From NCBI GenBank assembly GCA_002502095.1, contig DAPJ01000028.1:37387-101386 (forward strand): a DNA stretch of 64,000 nucleotides, written 5' to 3'. Both the position numbers and the translations under genes were made by a program. A model generated the notes under the pieces. The model did not search any database, had not been told where the DNA came from, and saw only the letters and a list, made by a program, of their open reading frames with translations. The stretch comes from Euryarchaeota archaeon UBA62. Lineage in GTDB: Archaea; Thermoplasmatota; Poseidoniia; Poseidoniales; Thalassarchaeaceae. Within the stretch, counting starts at the first letter, position 1; each line of letters starts with the position of its first letter. Positions 45,300 to 55,358 of this stretch are shown here, piece by piece.

Positions 45300-45872
45300 A
45301 TGACTTCTGTGCAAGATATTCTGAATAGTAGAAGGACTGTTTACAGATTCACCGAGAGAGTTGTAGAAGAGTCAAACCTTGAGATAGCGTTTGAGGCCGC
45401 TAGTAATGCCCCTTGCCATAAGCAAACACACCCCTGGAATTACTACGTATTGGGCCTAGAGACGAGGCGAAAGCTTCTACCAACGGTAATCTCAATGGCC
45501 AAAGAGAAGGCAAGTAAGGCAGGTGGTGACGGAGCTAATCAATCTGTCAACAGAGCAGTTTCGAAGATTATGGATACCCCTGCCCTAATTGCAGTCACAA
45601 CGAAACTAAGTCCTAAAGATTCATTCAGAGAGGAAGAGGACTATGCGGCAACTGTTTGTTCTTTGCATAATCTAGTACTTTCGCTTTGGGGCATGGGCAT
45701 TGGAGCTCAGTGGAGTACTGGAAGCTTAACAAGGCACCCCTCCACTTACAGTGTACTAGGGATTGACGGAGAAAAGGAGAGGGTTGTGGGATTTCTGAAG
45801 GCTGGCTATCCAGAATCTATACCCAAAATAGAAAAGAAGAGCTCTTCAGATATTAGGAAGTACCTTCCCTAG
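45300..45872 (+). CDS. Nitroreductase-family flavoprotein (YdjA-like)
   Basis: Contains RRTVYRF...ASNAPCHKQTHPW and has the length and fold pattern of small NAD(P)H nitroreductases. Confidence 0.82.
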   Translation: MTSVQDILNSRRTVYRFTERVVEESNLEIAFEAASNAPCHKQTHPWNYYVLGLETRRKLLPTVISMAKEKASKAGGDGANQSVNRAVSKIMDTPALIAVTTKLSPKDSFREEEDYAATVCSLHNLVLSLWGMGIGAQWSTGSLTRHPSTYSVLGIDGEKERVVGFLKAGYPESIPKIEKKSSSDIRKYLP

Positions 45873-45886
45873 AAAATGGTGTTAAT

Positions 45887-46909
45887 ATGAAGAAGGTAAT
45901 TTACCCAAAGATTGGAGGCGTTGATTCTATAGAAATAATCGAGGCAGAGGAGCCACTGGCTACCAAAGGGGGGGTGGTAGTCAGAATTCACAGAGCGGGC
46001 ATAAATTTTGCAGATTTGATGATGAGGCAAGGACTATACGGATCAAATCCAGATTTTCCATTTACCCCTGGCTATGAGGCATCTGGAGTAATAACGAGTA
46101 TAGGTGAAGGAGTTGATGAGTTTGAGGTTGGAGAAAGGGTTCTAGCCATGACTGGATTTGGAGGTTATTCTGAGAAGGTCTCAATCCCCAGTACCAGAGT
46201 ATTCAAGTTACCAGATTCTGTAACTTTCGATCAGGCCGCCGCGATTCCCGTTACATATGGTACCGCATACCATATGCTATTCCACCTAGGAAGGATATCT
46301 CCTGGAGATTCAGTTCTAATCCATCATGCCGCTGGAGGCGTCGGAACTGCAGTTGCTCAATTGTGTAAAGTCGCGGGAGCCTCGATAGTAATAGGAACGG
46401 CCTCCAAATCTAAGAAAGATTTTGTAGAGTCTATAGGAGTCAAGTTTGTAGACAGGGAATCAGAAGATTTTGTCAAGATTTGCAAAGAGATGACTGACGG
46501 AAAGGGCGTTCATCACGCCATTGATCCTGTTGGGGGGAGTAATCTAATGAGATCTTACAAGGCTACTAGAAGAGGCGGGAAGGTATACTTCTTTGGTGCT
46601 TCATCTGCAGTTAAGGGAGATAGGAGATCACTTATCGCAGCTGTTAGGATGTGGTTTAATACTCCTAAATTTGATCCAATTAAGATGATGTCATCAAATA
46701 AGGCTGTTTTCGGGGTACATATGGGACTTTTGGATGATGACAAGATTTTCGCGGGCCATCTAAACGCACTTTCTAAGATGCTAGAAAATAACGAAATTAA
46801 TCCCGTCATAGATAGTATTTGGAGATTTGAAAACGTTGCCGAGGCCCAGATGCACATGCATGATCGCAAGAACCGTGGGAAAATACTTCTTGATTTCGCC
46901 CCAGAGTAA
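45887..46909 (+). CDS. Medium-chain dehydrogenase/reductase, quinone oxidoreductase / VAT-1-like
   Basis: Contains GINFADLMMRQGLY...PFTPGYEASGV and the Rossmann motif AAGGVGTAV. Confidence 0.88.
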   Translation: MKKVIYPKIGGVDSIEIIEAEEPLATKGGVVVRIHRAGINFADLMMRQGLYGSNPDFPFTPGYEASGVITSIGEGVDEFEVGERVLAMTGFGGYSEKVSIPSTRVFKLPDSVTFDQAAAIPVTYGTAYHMLFHLGRISPGDSVLIHHAAGGVGTAVAQLCKVAGASIVIGTASKSKKDFVESIGVKFVDRESEDFVKICKEMTDGKGVHHAIDPVGGSNLMRSYKATRRGGKVYFFGASSAVKGDRRSLIAAVRMWFNTPKFDPIKMMSSNKAVFGVHMGLLDDDKIFAGHLNALSKMLENNEINPVIDSIWRFENVAEAQMHMHDRKNRGKILLDFAPE

Positions 46910-47320
46910 TCATAGCCTAACAGGTCTTGTGGCGCCACAAGCTTGGCATTTCAACAGAGTGGTTCTGTCCTCTTTGATGAATCTCGTATCAGGTGCTCTA
47001 CATTGATTACAAAGTATGTACGTCTTGACATAACTCACCAGTTTTTCCTTGATTCTCTTAGGTGGGACTCTTCCCTTGAGCATTATTCTTGATTGCTCCC
47101 TAGTTCCTGAAGTTCCTAGTTCATTGAGAAGATACTGATAGACATGATTTGCGTCCCTATCCATCGCATCTACAACGTCTGAGAAGTTTCTCAGAATAGT
47201 CTGACTACCCTCAATCAATATTTCTGGCTCCGGCATAGTCCATCTAGACCTCTGACTAATTCCTTCTGGAATTCTTTCACGAGCTCTGTCAAGAAGATCT
47301 TCGTAGTCGAAACCACCCAT
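46910..47320 (-). CDS. Translation initiation factor aIF2 beta subunit
   Basis: MGGFDYEDLLDRARERIPE matches the archaeal aIF2-beta N-terminus. The C-terminal zinc ribbon is CNQCRAPDT...CQACG. The ORF track TTG at 47377 is probably too long. Confidence 0.9.
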   Translation of the reverse strand: MGGFDYEDLLDRARERIPEGISQRSRWTMPEPEILIEGSQTILRNFSDVVDAMDRDANHVYQYLLNELGTSGTREQSRIMLKGRVPPKRIKEKLVSYVKTYILCNQCRAPDTRFIKEDRTTLLKCQACGATRPVRL

Positions 47321-47407
47321 AATGTTCCGAACATACCACTCCTTTTCACCCCACCGGGAGATACGGGTATCGGGCAAGGTAAAATCTTGATACCTCTGGG
47401 GGGGGTC

Positions 47408-47857
47408 ATGGATGAGTCGTTAGAGGTCATGGTTGCTCGGATGGATGACGGTGCGAGACTGCCTACTAGAGGTAGTGAATACGCTGCTGGATGGGATCTT
47501 TATGCCTTAGAGGAGTATGTAGTTCCATTTAGGAAGAGTGTCAAACTACGTACCGGACTAAGAGTGGCAATCCCTGTAGGATATGAGGGGCAAGTTAGAG
47601 CTAGATCGTCCTTGGGTTCCAAGGGCCTTATTCTGCCCCATAGCATAGGAACTATTGATGCGGACTACAGAGGGGAGTTGTTTGTCCTCATGACTTGGAT
47701 TGGAGAAGGAGAGTCATATAGAGTAAAGGCAGGAGAGAGAATCGCCCAGCTGTTGATCTCCCCCATACCTGAAGTATCGTTCAAGGAGGTTTCAGTCGAG
47801 CAACTTGGAGATACCAAGAGAGGAGATGGGGGATTCGGCAGTACCGGTCGTTTCTAG
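47408..47857 (+). CDS. dut: dUTP diphosphatase (trimeric dUTPase)
   Basis: Contains AAGWDLY, GTIDADYRGEL, ERIAQL and RGDGGFGSTG. The ATG at 47408 is preferred over the TTG at 47387. Confidence 0.9.
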   Translation: MDESLEVMVARMDDGARLPTRGSEYAAGWDLYALEEYVVPFRKSVKLRTGLRVAIPVGYEGQVRARSSLGSKGLILPHSIGTIDADYRGELFVLMTWIGEGESYRVKAGERIAQLLISPIPEVSFKEVSVEQLGDTKRGDGGFGSTGRF

Positions 47858-47926
47858 ATATCTGTAACTAGTTAATTTCTATACTGTATTCTCAATAGGT
47901 TCATAGGAAGCGGATAGTGTCCCAGT

Positions 47927-48511
47927 ATGATGACAAGTAGCGTGGATGATTTACGGGCCACTGTTGAAGAATTACGTTCTAAGGGACTCAATACCCAGCA
48001 GATAGCTGATGAGATGTCTCTTTCCCAGACCACTATTAAGTGGCTTTCCTCAGGAGGGGTGGGCTCTGAAGATAGACCAGATGATATCAGAGTTGGTTGG
48101 AGGTCGATTGCAGTTAAGGCTGGAAGGATAGAGGCAATTTCGTACGTCTTCTGCGATATTTTAGAAGAGGAAATTGGAGATGATGTGGATACCATAGTCG
48201 GTATCAGCATTAATGGAATCGCGTTTGCTCAAGCCATAGGTGGACAGTTAGATCTTGACTTAGCCGTCAGCAGGAGTATTAGTGAAGATGGAGGAGGACA
48301 TATTTCCGAAGTTTTCGCCGATGTTGAAGGCAAGAGATGTGTCGTAGTTGATGACGTACTCTCTGGAGGTACGACAATGACCAAGACAGTGAATAATCTA
48401 AGAGCTGCTGGTGCTGACGTGAAGTTATGCATGGTTCTTGCCAATAAGTCCCACAGGAATGAAATCGAGGGAGTACCTCTGCGTGGACTTGTCAGAGTAG
48501 TGACTGTCTGA
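47927..48511 (+). CDS. PyrE-like phosphoribosyltransferase-domain protein with N-terminal HTH (GfcR-type regulator, COG0856)
   Basis: The N-terminus LRSKGLNTQQIADEMSLSQTTIKWL is an HTH. The C-terminal PRTase motif is CVVVDDVLSGGTTM. Confidence 0.78.
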   Translation: MMTSSVDDLRATVEELRSKGLNTQQIADEMSLSQTTIKWLSSGGVGSEDRPDDIRVGWRSIAVKAGRIEAISYVFCDILEEEIGDDVDTIVGISINGIAFAQAIGGQLDLDLAVSRSISEDGGGHISEVFADVEGKRCVVVDDVLSGGTTMTKTVNNLRAAGADVKLCMVLANKSHRNEIEGVPLRGLVRVVTV

Positions 48512-48520
48512 GGAAGAGAA

Positions 48521-50089
48521 ATGCACTGGGCAGATTTCAGAGCTCAGAGATTATCTGAGAGGGACGTACCACAGGTAATTGTCTCCGGCATAACTCCCTC
48601 GGGAGAATTCCATATTGGCCATCTTAGAGAAATTCTTACTGCTGAGATGATACATAGGGCATGTCTAGATGCTGGACTTGATTCCAGATATGTCTTCATA
48701 GTTGATTCTATGGATCCATTACGAAGAGTGTATGACTTTCTATCTCCTGAATATGAGAAATATATTGGTGTTCCTCTTGCTTACATCCCATCCCCTAATC
48801 CTGATGGGACGCCGAGTACCGGTTCAGTAAGCTATGCTGAATACTTCTTGAATCCATTTTTAGAATCCCTGAGAGAGATAGGGGTATTTCCAGAGATAGA
48901 GATGAATCATGAGGCTTACGAAGATGGAAGATTCTCAGAAAAGATTGATCAGGCCATCTGTAATAGAAAGGAAATTAGGGAGATAATAATGACAGTATCC
49001 GGGAGAGAGCTTCCTGAAGACTGGTTCCCCTATAGCCCTCGTGGGCCAAACGGAAGTATGGATGGGGTCAAAGTAACTGATTACGAATATCCCTTTGTTT
49101 CCTGGGTGAATGAAGACGGAGTCACAGGGACCGCAGATATCAGGAAGGCCGATGGGAAAATGCCATGGAGGATTGATTGGGCGGCCCGCTGGATAATCCA
49201 TCAAGTAACCTGTGAGCCGGCTGGTAAAGATCATGGCGCGGCTGGAGGTAGTTTTGATACTGGGATACCGATTTGTGAGGTTCTTGGTGGGATTCCTCCT
49301 GAGAAGATAGTTTACGAGTGGATTCAACTCAAGGGAATGGGGCCGATGTCTAGCTCATCAGGAGTCACAATAGGGCCGATGGAAGCCCTCTCTCTAGTAC
49401 CTCCTGAAATCCTTCGATATGTTATAGCCAGGAGTAAGATTGGGAGACATATTGAGTTCGATACAGGATCGGCCTTGTTTGAGATGGCAGATGAGTACGA
49501 GCGCCTCCTTTCTAGGGTTGAAACTGGAGAGATATCAAAGCGTATGCAGACAAGAATCGATACTAGGAAAGGAGCCCTTAGGTTGAGTCAGGTAGTAAGG
49601 AACTCCGACCCGTCTGACTCCATCGCAGGTGTTTCTTTCAGGCATCTATCAATGCTTGCACAGATCAAGTCTTCTGATGAGGAGGTCTGGGAATCTCTGA
49701 GAAATAGTGGGCATCTGTCTGGAAATCCCAGTGATTCATTAGTAGTCAGATTAACTAAGATGAGAAATTGGATAGGTGGAAGTCACTTTCCAGAAGATGC
49801 CCGGATAATAATCCAGTCAGTAATTGGAGATGATTTCAGAGAAAATACCTCAGAGGAACAGAAGATCTTCCTTAGAAGGTTGAGTAAATCTCTGGAGGAT
49901 TGCGAGTGGAACCAGGATTCCATTAGAGAGGTTATTAGGGAGTGTACTAGTATTTGTGAACTGGTTCCTAGAGATGGTTTCTCATCACTATACTGGGCAC
50001 TACTTGGCAGGGGCCACGGACCTAGGGCATCGGCCTTAATTTCAGAAATGGACAAGAGAGTATTGATTGATCTTCTGTCTGGAGTGTGA
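48521..50089 (+). CDS. lysK: Lysyl-tRNA synthetase, class I
   Basis: Contains PSGEFHIGHLRE (HIGH) and GMGPMSSSSG (KMSKS-like), with the class I LysRS architecture typical of archaea. Confidence 0.92.
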   Translation: MHWADFRAQRLSERDVPQVIVSGITPSGEFHIGHLREILTAEMIHRACLDAGLDSRYVFIVDSMDPLRRVYDFLSPEYEKYIGVPLAYIPSPNPDGTPSTGSVSYAEYFLNPFLESLREIGVFPEIEMNHEAYEDGRFSEKIDQAICNRKEIREIIMTVSGRELPEDWFPYSPRGPNGSMDGVKVTDYEYPFVSWVNEDGVTGTADIRKADGKMPWRIDWAARWIIHQVTCEPAGKDHGAAGGSFDTGIPICEVLGGIPPEKIVYEWIQLKGMGPMSSSSGVTIGPMEALSLVPPEILRYVIARSKIGRHIEFDTGSALFEMADEYERLLSRVETGEISKRMQTRIDTRKGALRLSQVVRNSDPSDSIAGVSFRHLSMLAQIKSSDEEVWESLRNSGHLSGNPSDSLVVRLTKMRNWIGGSHFPEDARIIIQSVIGDDFRENTSEEQKIFLRRLSKSLEDCEWNQDSIREVIRECTSICELVPRDGFSSLYWALLGRGHGPRASALISEMDKRVLIDLLSGV

Positions 50090-50823
50090 AGGGCTTAACC
50101 ATGAGATCTGATCATCTACCATTCCCAATGCCTGAACGTCCTCATTCTTTGGTTCAGGAGTGGAAGAATCTCACATTCATGCACTGGGAGGTTGACCCAG
50201 TGAAGCTAGCCAAGTATATTCCAGATGGCTTGGAAATAGATTTATTCGAGGGCAGAGCATTCATCGGAACAATTCCATTCATAATGGCCAATGTCAGACC
50301 TAGAATGACTTTTCCTATACCGGGAGTCTCCACCTTTCCTGAGATTAATATCAGAACCTACGTGAGAAATGGGAGTCGTGCTGGTGTTCTTTTCTTGACA
50401 CTTGAAGCTCAGAGTCTGATTACTTGCTCCTATGCGACAAGAGCCTACGGGCTACCATATAGGTACTCAATAGCAAATGTTCGGTCACAAGATGGGAAAT
50501 ACAGGTGGAACGCCTGTAGAAAGGATGGCAGTCACGAGATTATCGGTGAATGTACGTGGGATGAGCAGGAGGAAGTAGCTGAGAAGGGGACACTGGAAGA
50601 ATTTCTCTTTGAGAGGTATTGCTTGTACACCATACACAGGGGAAATTTGTGTATAGCTTACACACAGCATGAGCCTTGGAAATTTGGTACTGGCGAAGTA
50701 AAGTTGGAGTCTAACACACTTACCGATGAGTTCGACTTGGGCATAGGTAATGTGCTATTACCTGACTTAGTACATGTTTCGGAAGGGGTGTATGTGAAGA
50801 CTTGGTCGACAGAGGTGGTCTAG
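50086..50823 (+). CDS. DUF2071 (YqjF-like) family protein
   Basis: WKNLTFMHWEVDPVKLAKYIPDGLEIDLFEGRAFIGTIPFIM matches the DUF2071 N-terminal block. The start is either GTG 50086 or ATG 50101. Confidence 0.7.
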   Translation: MKGLTMRSDHLPFPMPERPHSLVQEWKNLTFMHWEVDPVKLAKYIPDGLEIDLFEGRAFIGTIPFIMANVRPRMTFPIPGVSTFPEINIRTYVRNGSRAGVLFLTLEAQSLITCSYATRAYGLPYRYSIANVRSQDGKYRWNACRKDGSHEIIGECTWDEQEEVAEKGTLEEFLFERYCLYTIHRGNLCIAYTQHEPWKFGTGEVKLESNTLTDEFDLGIGNVLLPDLVHVSEGVYVKTWSTEVV

Positions 50824-51215
50824 TGGTTCTTGATGAGAGTCGTGATGTATTAATTCTAGACGGGGACTGTGGCCTATGCCATCGCCTGGCAGAATTCGTC
50901 GATAAACGAATTATGGATAGGGAACTGTTGGCATTCAGACCTGGTAATTCTGAAGATGCTGAATTACTGTTTTCTAAGATGCGTGAGTCAATAAGAAGTG
51001 CAGATACGGTATATCTAGTCAGAGAGGGAAGGACATACATCCGTTCCGCCGCTGCGATACGCTGTCTTCTTTACATGAGAGCACACTGGAGATTATTATT
51101 TCCGGTATTATGGATTATACCCCTTCCAATTAGAGACCTAGTATATCGAATAGTTGCTAGATACAGGCATCTTTTCTTCGAGCGCCCTGAGTACTGTAGT
51201 TTTAGAATAGACTAG
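50802..51215 (+). CDS. DCC-family thiol-disulfide oxidoreductase (DUF393)
   Basis: Contains the LILDGDCGLCHR (D-x-x-C-x-x-C) signature. An alternative GTG start at 50823 shares one nt with the upstream TAG. Confidence 0.72.
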   Translation: MVDRGGLVVLDESRDVLILDGDCGLCHRLAEFVDKRIMDRELLAFRPGNSEDAELLFSKMRESIRSADTVYLVREGRTYIRSAAAIRCLLYMRAHWRLLFPVLWIIPLPIRDLVYRIVARYRHLFFERPEYCSFRID

Positions 51216-51224
51216 GTGAAGTAG

Positions 51225-51986
51225 ATGAAAATAAGGCTACATCAGTTTCTATCAAGGACAGGTCATTTCAGTTCTAAAAGTAAAGTCAAGAAGGCCGTAT
51301 GGGACGGATCAATATCGGTTGGCGGGAGAATAGTGAAAAATATTTCATATGAGTTCAATCCGGATAAAAGGGAGGTAATTTACAATGGCATTAGATTGAG
51401 TCTTCCTATTAATTATCGCTACTTCATACTGAATAAGCCCAAGGGAGTAATATGCTCAAGGATAAATAAACATGAGAGGGCCCTAAACAAGAAATCTGTC
51501 TTTTCATTGTTTGAAAATCTTGTTGACCCGAATGTCTTGGACTCTTTGGTCACGGTGGGAAGGCTAGACGAAGGTACCACTGGACTTCTGATATTGACCA
51601 ATGATGGCTCATTAGTAAATGACATCGCTAATCCGTCAAAAAATATTGGAAAGACCTATACTCTGAAAGTCTCTAAGAGGATAACTTCCGAATTTATCGA
51701 TTCTATTAGAAAAGGAGTTACCATAGATATAGTCAGGGATGGCGTTACTGAGGAATATACCACTATGCCCGCCCAAGTAACAAAGATTAGTGACTACAGT
51801 ATCGAAGTAACCATCTTCGAAGGGAAAAAGAGACAGATCCGAAGAATGGTCGACGTACTTGGGAATAGGGTACTGCAATTGCATAGGGCCTCAATCGGAA
51901 GTTTGGATTTAGAATCCTATTCATTAGATCCCGGTCAGTACAAAGAGGAGTCAAGAGAAGAAATTGTACAAAGGATAGCCACTTAG
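51225..51986 (+). CDS. Pseudouridine synthase, RsuA/RluB family, with N-terminal S4 domain
   Basis: The S4 domain is RLHQFLSRTGHFSSKSKVKKAVWDGSISVGG. The catalytic motif is GRLDEGTTGLLILTNDG, and EGKKRQIRRM is present. GGTGA lies 5 nt upstream. Confidence 0.88.
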   Translation: MKIRLHQFLSRTGHFSSKSKVKKAVWDGSISVGGRIVKNISYEFNPDKREVIYNGIRLSLPINYRYFILNKPKGVICSRINKHERALNKKSVFSLFENLVDPNVLDSLVTVGRLDEGTTGLLILTNDGSLVNDIANPSKNIGKTYTLKVSKRITSEFIDSIRKGVTIDIVRDGVTEEYTTMPAQVTKISDYSIEVTIFEGKKRQIRRMVDVLGNRVLQLHRASIGSLDLESYSLDPGQYKEESREEIVQRIAT

Positions 51987-51989
51987 ATT

Positions 51990-54900
51990 TCATTCTAGAG
52001 TTGAGATATCCAATAAACGCGGTTCTGGCGTTCCTAGTTGCATTTCAGCTATTGCTTCCACTTCCATCTTAGCCCCTGCCATTGTGGTTACAAAAGGGAT
52101 ATTGAGCTCTACGGCTAGTCTCCTCATCATATTACCGTCTAATACTGCCCCACCAGTAGCAGTAGGGGTGTTAATTACTAGCTGTATCATACCCCTCCTC
52201 ATTAAATCAAGAGCATCGGGGGATTTTCTTTCTTCGATTCTATAGCATGTCTCTACTTCCAGTGATCCAATCTCTCTGAGGGCGGATGCGGTACCTGGTG
52301 TAGCATGAATCTTGAAGCCCATCTCTTGCAGACGTTTTGCTAGCTCAATTGTACCACTCTTGTCCTCATCCTTGACAGTAATATAGACCCCACCAGATGT
52401 AGGAACGGGTAACTCTGTAGCCATTCTAGCTTTGAGATACGCAGCTGCTGGCCTTACGTGTGAGCCCATTACCTCCCCTGTCGACTTCATCTCGGGACCA
52501 GGTGCGGGATCTAGGCCCCTTAGTTTTATGAATGGGAAAACTGGAGCCTTTACAGATACTGCCTCAGTCTGTGGCTTGGGTATATCAAGAGAGGAAAGTT
52601 TCTCCCCGAGAGCCACTCTTGCAGCTATTCTAGCAAGAGGGACCCCAGTAGCTTTGGCAACAAAGGGGAATGTTCTTGATCCTCTTGGATTCACCTCTAA
52701 AACGTATAGTTCCTCGTCCCTAATGGCGAATTGAATATTGTAACAACCTCTAATTCCTAGTTCTAGGCCAATAGTAGTGGTCCATTCCTCGACCTTTGAG
52801 AGTACACCTTGAGAGATATTCTGAGGTGGAATGAAGCAAGTGGAGTCACCTGAATGGATTCCAGCTTCTTCTAAATGCTCCATGATTGCCCCAATCAGAA
52901 CTTCTTCTCCATCGCAGACAGCATCGACATCAAGCTCTATGGCATTACCTAGATACTCGTCAATTAGTAACGGCCTATCGGGAGAAAGGAAAGCCTCGCC
53001 CATGTATGCCTCCAATTGCCTATCATTCGATAGTATCTCCATCCCTCTTCCCCCTAAGACATAGGATGGTCGAATTAGAACTGGGTATCCAATGGAAGAA
53101 ACCGCCTTCCTGACTCCTTCTGAATCTATGGCAGTCATACCTCTTGGCATATCCAATTGACACCTCTCAGCAAAATCTTCGAATCTCTGCCTATCACTAG
53201 CCTCATCCACAGCTTCAGGGGTAGTACCTTCAATTACCAAATTTAGACCTAATTTTTCGAGATGGGATAGATTATCTGAAAGTGGTAAAGCCAGATTGAT
53301 TGCAGTCTGGCCGCCGAACTGAAGGAGTATTCCATGAGCTTTCTCTCGGAGTAAAATCTCGGAAACTGATTCCAGATTTAGTGGATCGAAATATAGCCTG
53401 TCACTAGTATCGAAATCAGTTGAAACGGTTTCAGGATTATTATTGATAATAATTGCCTCATGCCCCATTTCCCTTATCGCTCCTACGGCATGGACACAAC
53501 CATAATCAAACTCTATGCCTTGACCAATTCTGATGGGCCCAGAACCAATAACGACTATTCTTTGCCTGGACTTAGTCTCCAAACCTGGAACTAAATCAAC
53601 ACCATTTTCCCCAGTTCCCCCCTCATATGTTGAGTAATAGTAAGGAGTGACAGCGGCGAACTCTGCCGCACAAGAGTCAACCATTCTAAATCGTGGATGG
53701 ATGCCCAATTGATGTCTTCTGATTGTAACCGATGCCTCCCCCCTTCCCGATGGTAGATTCTTGAATCCAGAGGGAGGGAACCCACATAGTGCATCTGCAA
53801 TATGTAAATCTGTAAATCCTACTCCTTTCCAAGATCTCATCTCGGACTCGGGGATTTCAGAAGGACGAAGTCCCATCTCACCAGCGGCCCTAATCTCAGT
53901 CTCAACAGCGGCCATTTTCTCGAATCTGTGTAAGAACCACCTGGTTACTCCTCCAGTTAAGTCCCTAACATCCTCTAGCGAATACCCTCTTCTGAATGCC
54001 TCCATAATTGCAGACATTCTCCTATCTGTGGGCACCCTAAGCCAATCTTCTAAAATTGCAGTAGGGAGTTCCTCGGAAGACCTCTCATCCATAGACTCGC
54101 CTCCTGAAGAATCGGCCATCGTGAGGGGTCTTGGATGTGGTTTGCCATACTCTAGACTTGCCCATGCCTTGAGGAAAGCCTCTTCGAAACACCTTCCAAT
54201 TGCCATTACTTCTCCTGTCGACTTCATGGAGGTTCCAATTGTTCTATCAGCTGTCCTAAATTTATCGAATGGCCATCTTGGTATTTTCACTACACAGTAG
54301 TCCAATGTAGGTTCGAAAGCTGCAGTTGTCCCCTCACCGGTGATTGGATTAGGTAGCTCATCTAGAGTATATCCTACAGCAATCAGGGCAGCCATTCTAG
54401 CAATTGGGTAGCCTGTTGCCTTAGATGCCAAAGCCGACGAGCGTGATACTCTCGGATTGACCTCGATAACTCGATACTGCCCTGTGGACTGCTCTACTGC
54501 AAACTGAACATTGCAACCACCTTTGATATTGAGTCTTCTAATAAGTTTCAAGGCCGCGTCTCTCAACATCTGATGATCTCTATCTGAAAGAGTCTGTTGG
54601 GGTGCAACGACAACAGATTCACCCGTATGTACGCCCATTGGGTCTAGATTCTCCATAGTGCAGACGATAATCGCGTTATCCGCGGCGTCCCTCATCACCT
54701 CGTACTCATGTTCTTGCCATCCCAAGATGCTGACCTCAATGAGTACTTGACCTATGGCCGATTGCAGAAGTCCCTGGCTGGCAATCTCAACTAGCTCCCC
54801 TTTGTTGAATGCAGTTCCCCCTCCTAGTCCACCTAGTGTGAAAGCTGGACGAATAAGAAGAGGGTATTTTCCAATCTTATCTGCGGCATCTAGCACCTCA

Positions 54901-55358
54901 TTGATTGACGAGCAGGCTACTGCTTCGCATACTGGAAGATCGATACCCTCGCAGACTCTTTTGAAGAGATCTCTATCTTCGGCCTCGTCTATAGAGGCTA
55001 AATCACAGCCTATCAATTCTACTCCTAACTCGTCCAATGAGCCATCCTTGGCCAGAGCGGAGGCGATATTTAGTGCCGTTTGACCGCCCATGCCTGCTAG
55101 AATAGCATCTGGTTTCTCTAGCTCGAGTATTCTCTTGACAACCTCAGGGAGAAGGGGCTCAATGTATATCCTATCTGCCATTTCTGGGTCATTCTGAATT
55201 GTCGCTGGATTAGAATTGATCAATATTACTTCGTATCCATCATCTCTCAAAGCCCTACATGCCTGAGAGCCAGAAAAATCAAACTCAGCCGCCTGACCGA
55301 TTCTAATGGGTCCGCTCCCAAGTATTACTATTCTTGAGAGATCGTTCCTTCGGGGCAC
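51990..55358 (-). CDS. carB: Carbamoyl-phosphate synthase large subunit
   Basis: Contains duplicated ATP-grasp halves (ILGSGPIRIGQAAEFDFSG and VIGSGPIRIGQGIEFDYG) and the MGS-like C-terminus. The GTG start shares one nt with the carA stop. Confidence 0.95.
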   Translation of the reverse strand: MPRRNDLSRIVILGSGPIRIGQAAEFDFSGSQACRALRDDGYEVILINSNPATIQNDPEMADRIYIEPLLPEVVKRILELEKPDAILAGMGGQTALNIASALAKDGSLDELGVELIGCDLASIDEAEDRDLFKRVCEGIDLPVCEAVACSSINEVLDAADKIGKYPLLIRPAFTLGGLGGGTAFNKGELVEIASQGLLQSAIGQVLIEVSILGWQEHEYEVMRDAADNAIIVCTMENLDPMGVHTGESVVVAPQQTLSDRDHQMLRDAALKLIRRLNIKGGCNVQFAVEQSTGQYRVIEVNPRVSRSSALASKATGYPIARMAALIAVGYTLDELPNPITGEGTTAAFEPTLDYCVVKIPRWPFDKFRTADRTIGTSMKSTGEVMAIGRCFEEAFLKAWASLEYGKPHPRPLTMADSSGGESMDERSSEELPTAILEDWLRVPTDRRMSAIMEAFRRGYSLEDVRDLTGGVTRWFLHRFEKMAAVETEIRAAGEMGLRPSEIPESEMRSWKGVGFTDLHIADALCGFPPSGFKNLPSGRGEASVTIRRHQLGIHPRFRMVDSCAAEFAAVTPYYYSTYEGGTGENGVDLVPGLETKSRQRIVVIGSGPIRIGQGIEFDYGCVHAVGAIREMGHEAIIINNNPETVSTDFDTSDRLYFDPLNLESVSEILLREKAHGILLQFGGQTAINLALPLSDNLSHLEKLGLNLVIEGTTPEAVDEASDRQRFEDFAERCQLDMPRGMTAIDSEGVRKAVSSIGYPVLIRPSYVLGGRGMEILSNDRQLEAYMGEAFLSPDRPLLIDEYLGNAIELDVDAVCDGEEVLIGAIMEHLEEAGIHSGDSTCFIPPQNISQGVLSKVEEWTTTIGLELGIRGCYNIQFAIRDEELYVLEVNPRGSRTFPFVAKATGVPLARIAARVALGEKLSSLDIPKPQTEAVSVKAPVFPFIKLRGLDPAPGPEMKSTGEVMGSHVRPAAAYLKARMATELPVPTSGGVYITVKDEDKSGTIELAKRLQEMGFKIHATPGTASALREIGSLEVETCYRIEERKSPDALDLMRRGMIQLVINTPTATGGAVLDGNMMRRLAVELNIPFVTTMAGAKMEVEAIAEMQLGTPEPRLLDISTLE

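Noticed and set aside
53761-54300. 179-aa plus-strand ORF inside carB (similar cases at 52432-52734, 54754-55083, 59122-59610, 60308-60793 and 63261-63695)
   Set aside because: These are antisense to well-supported genes (carB, TraB, thiolase, NfeD). Their translations are low-complexity Ser/Pro/Ala-rich, which makes them typical long shadow ORFs.
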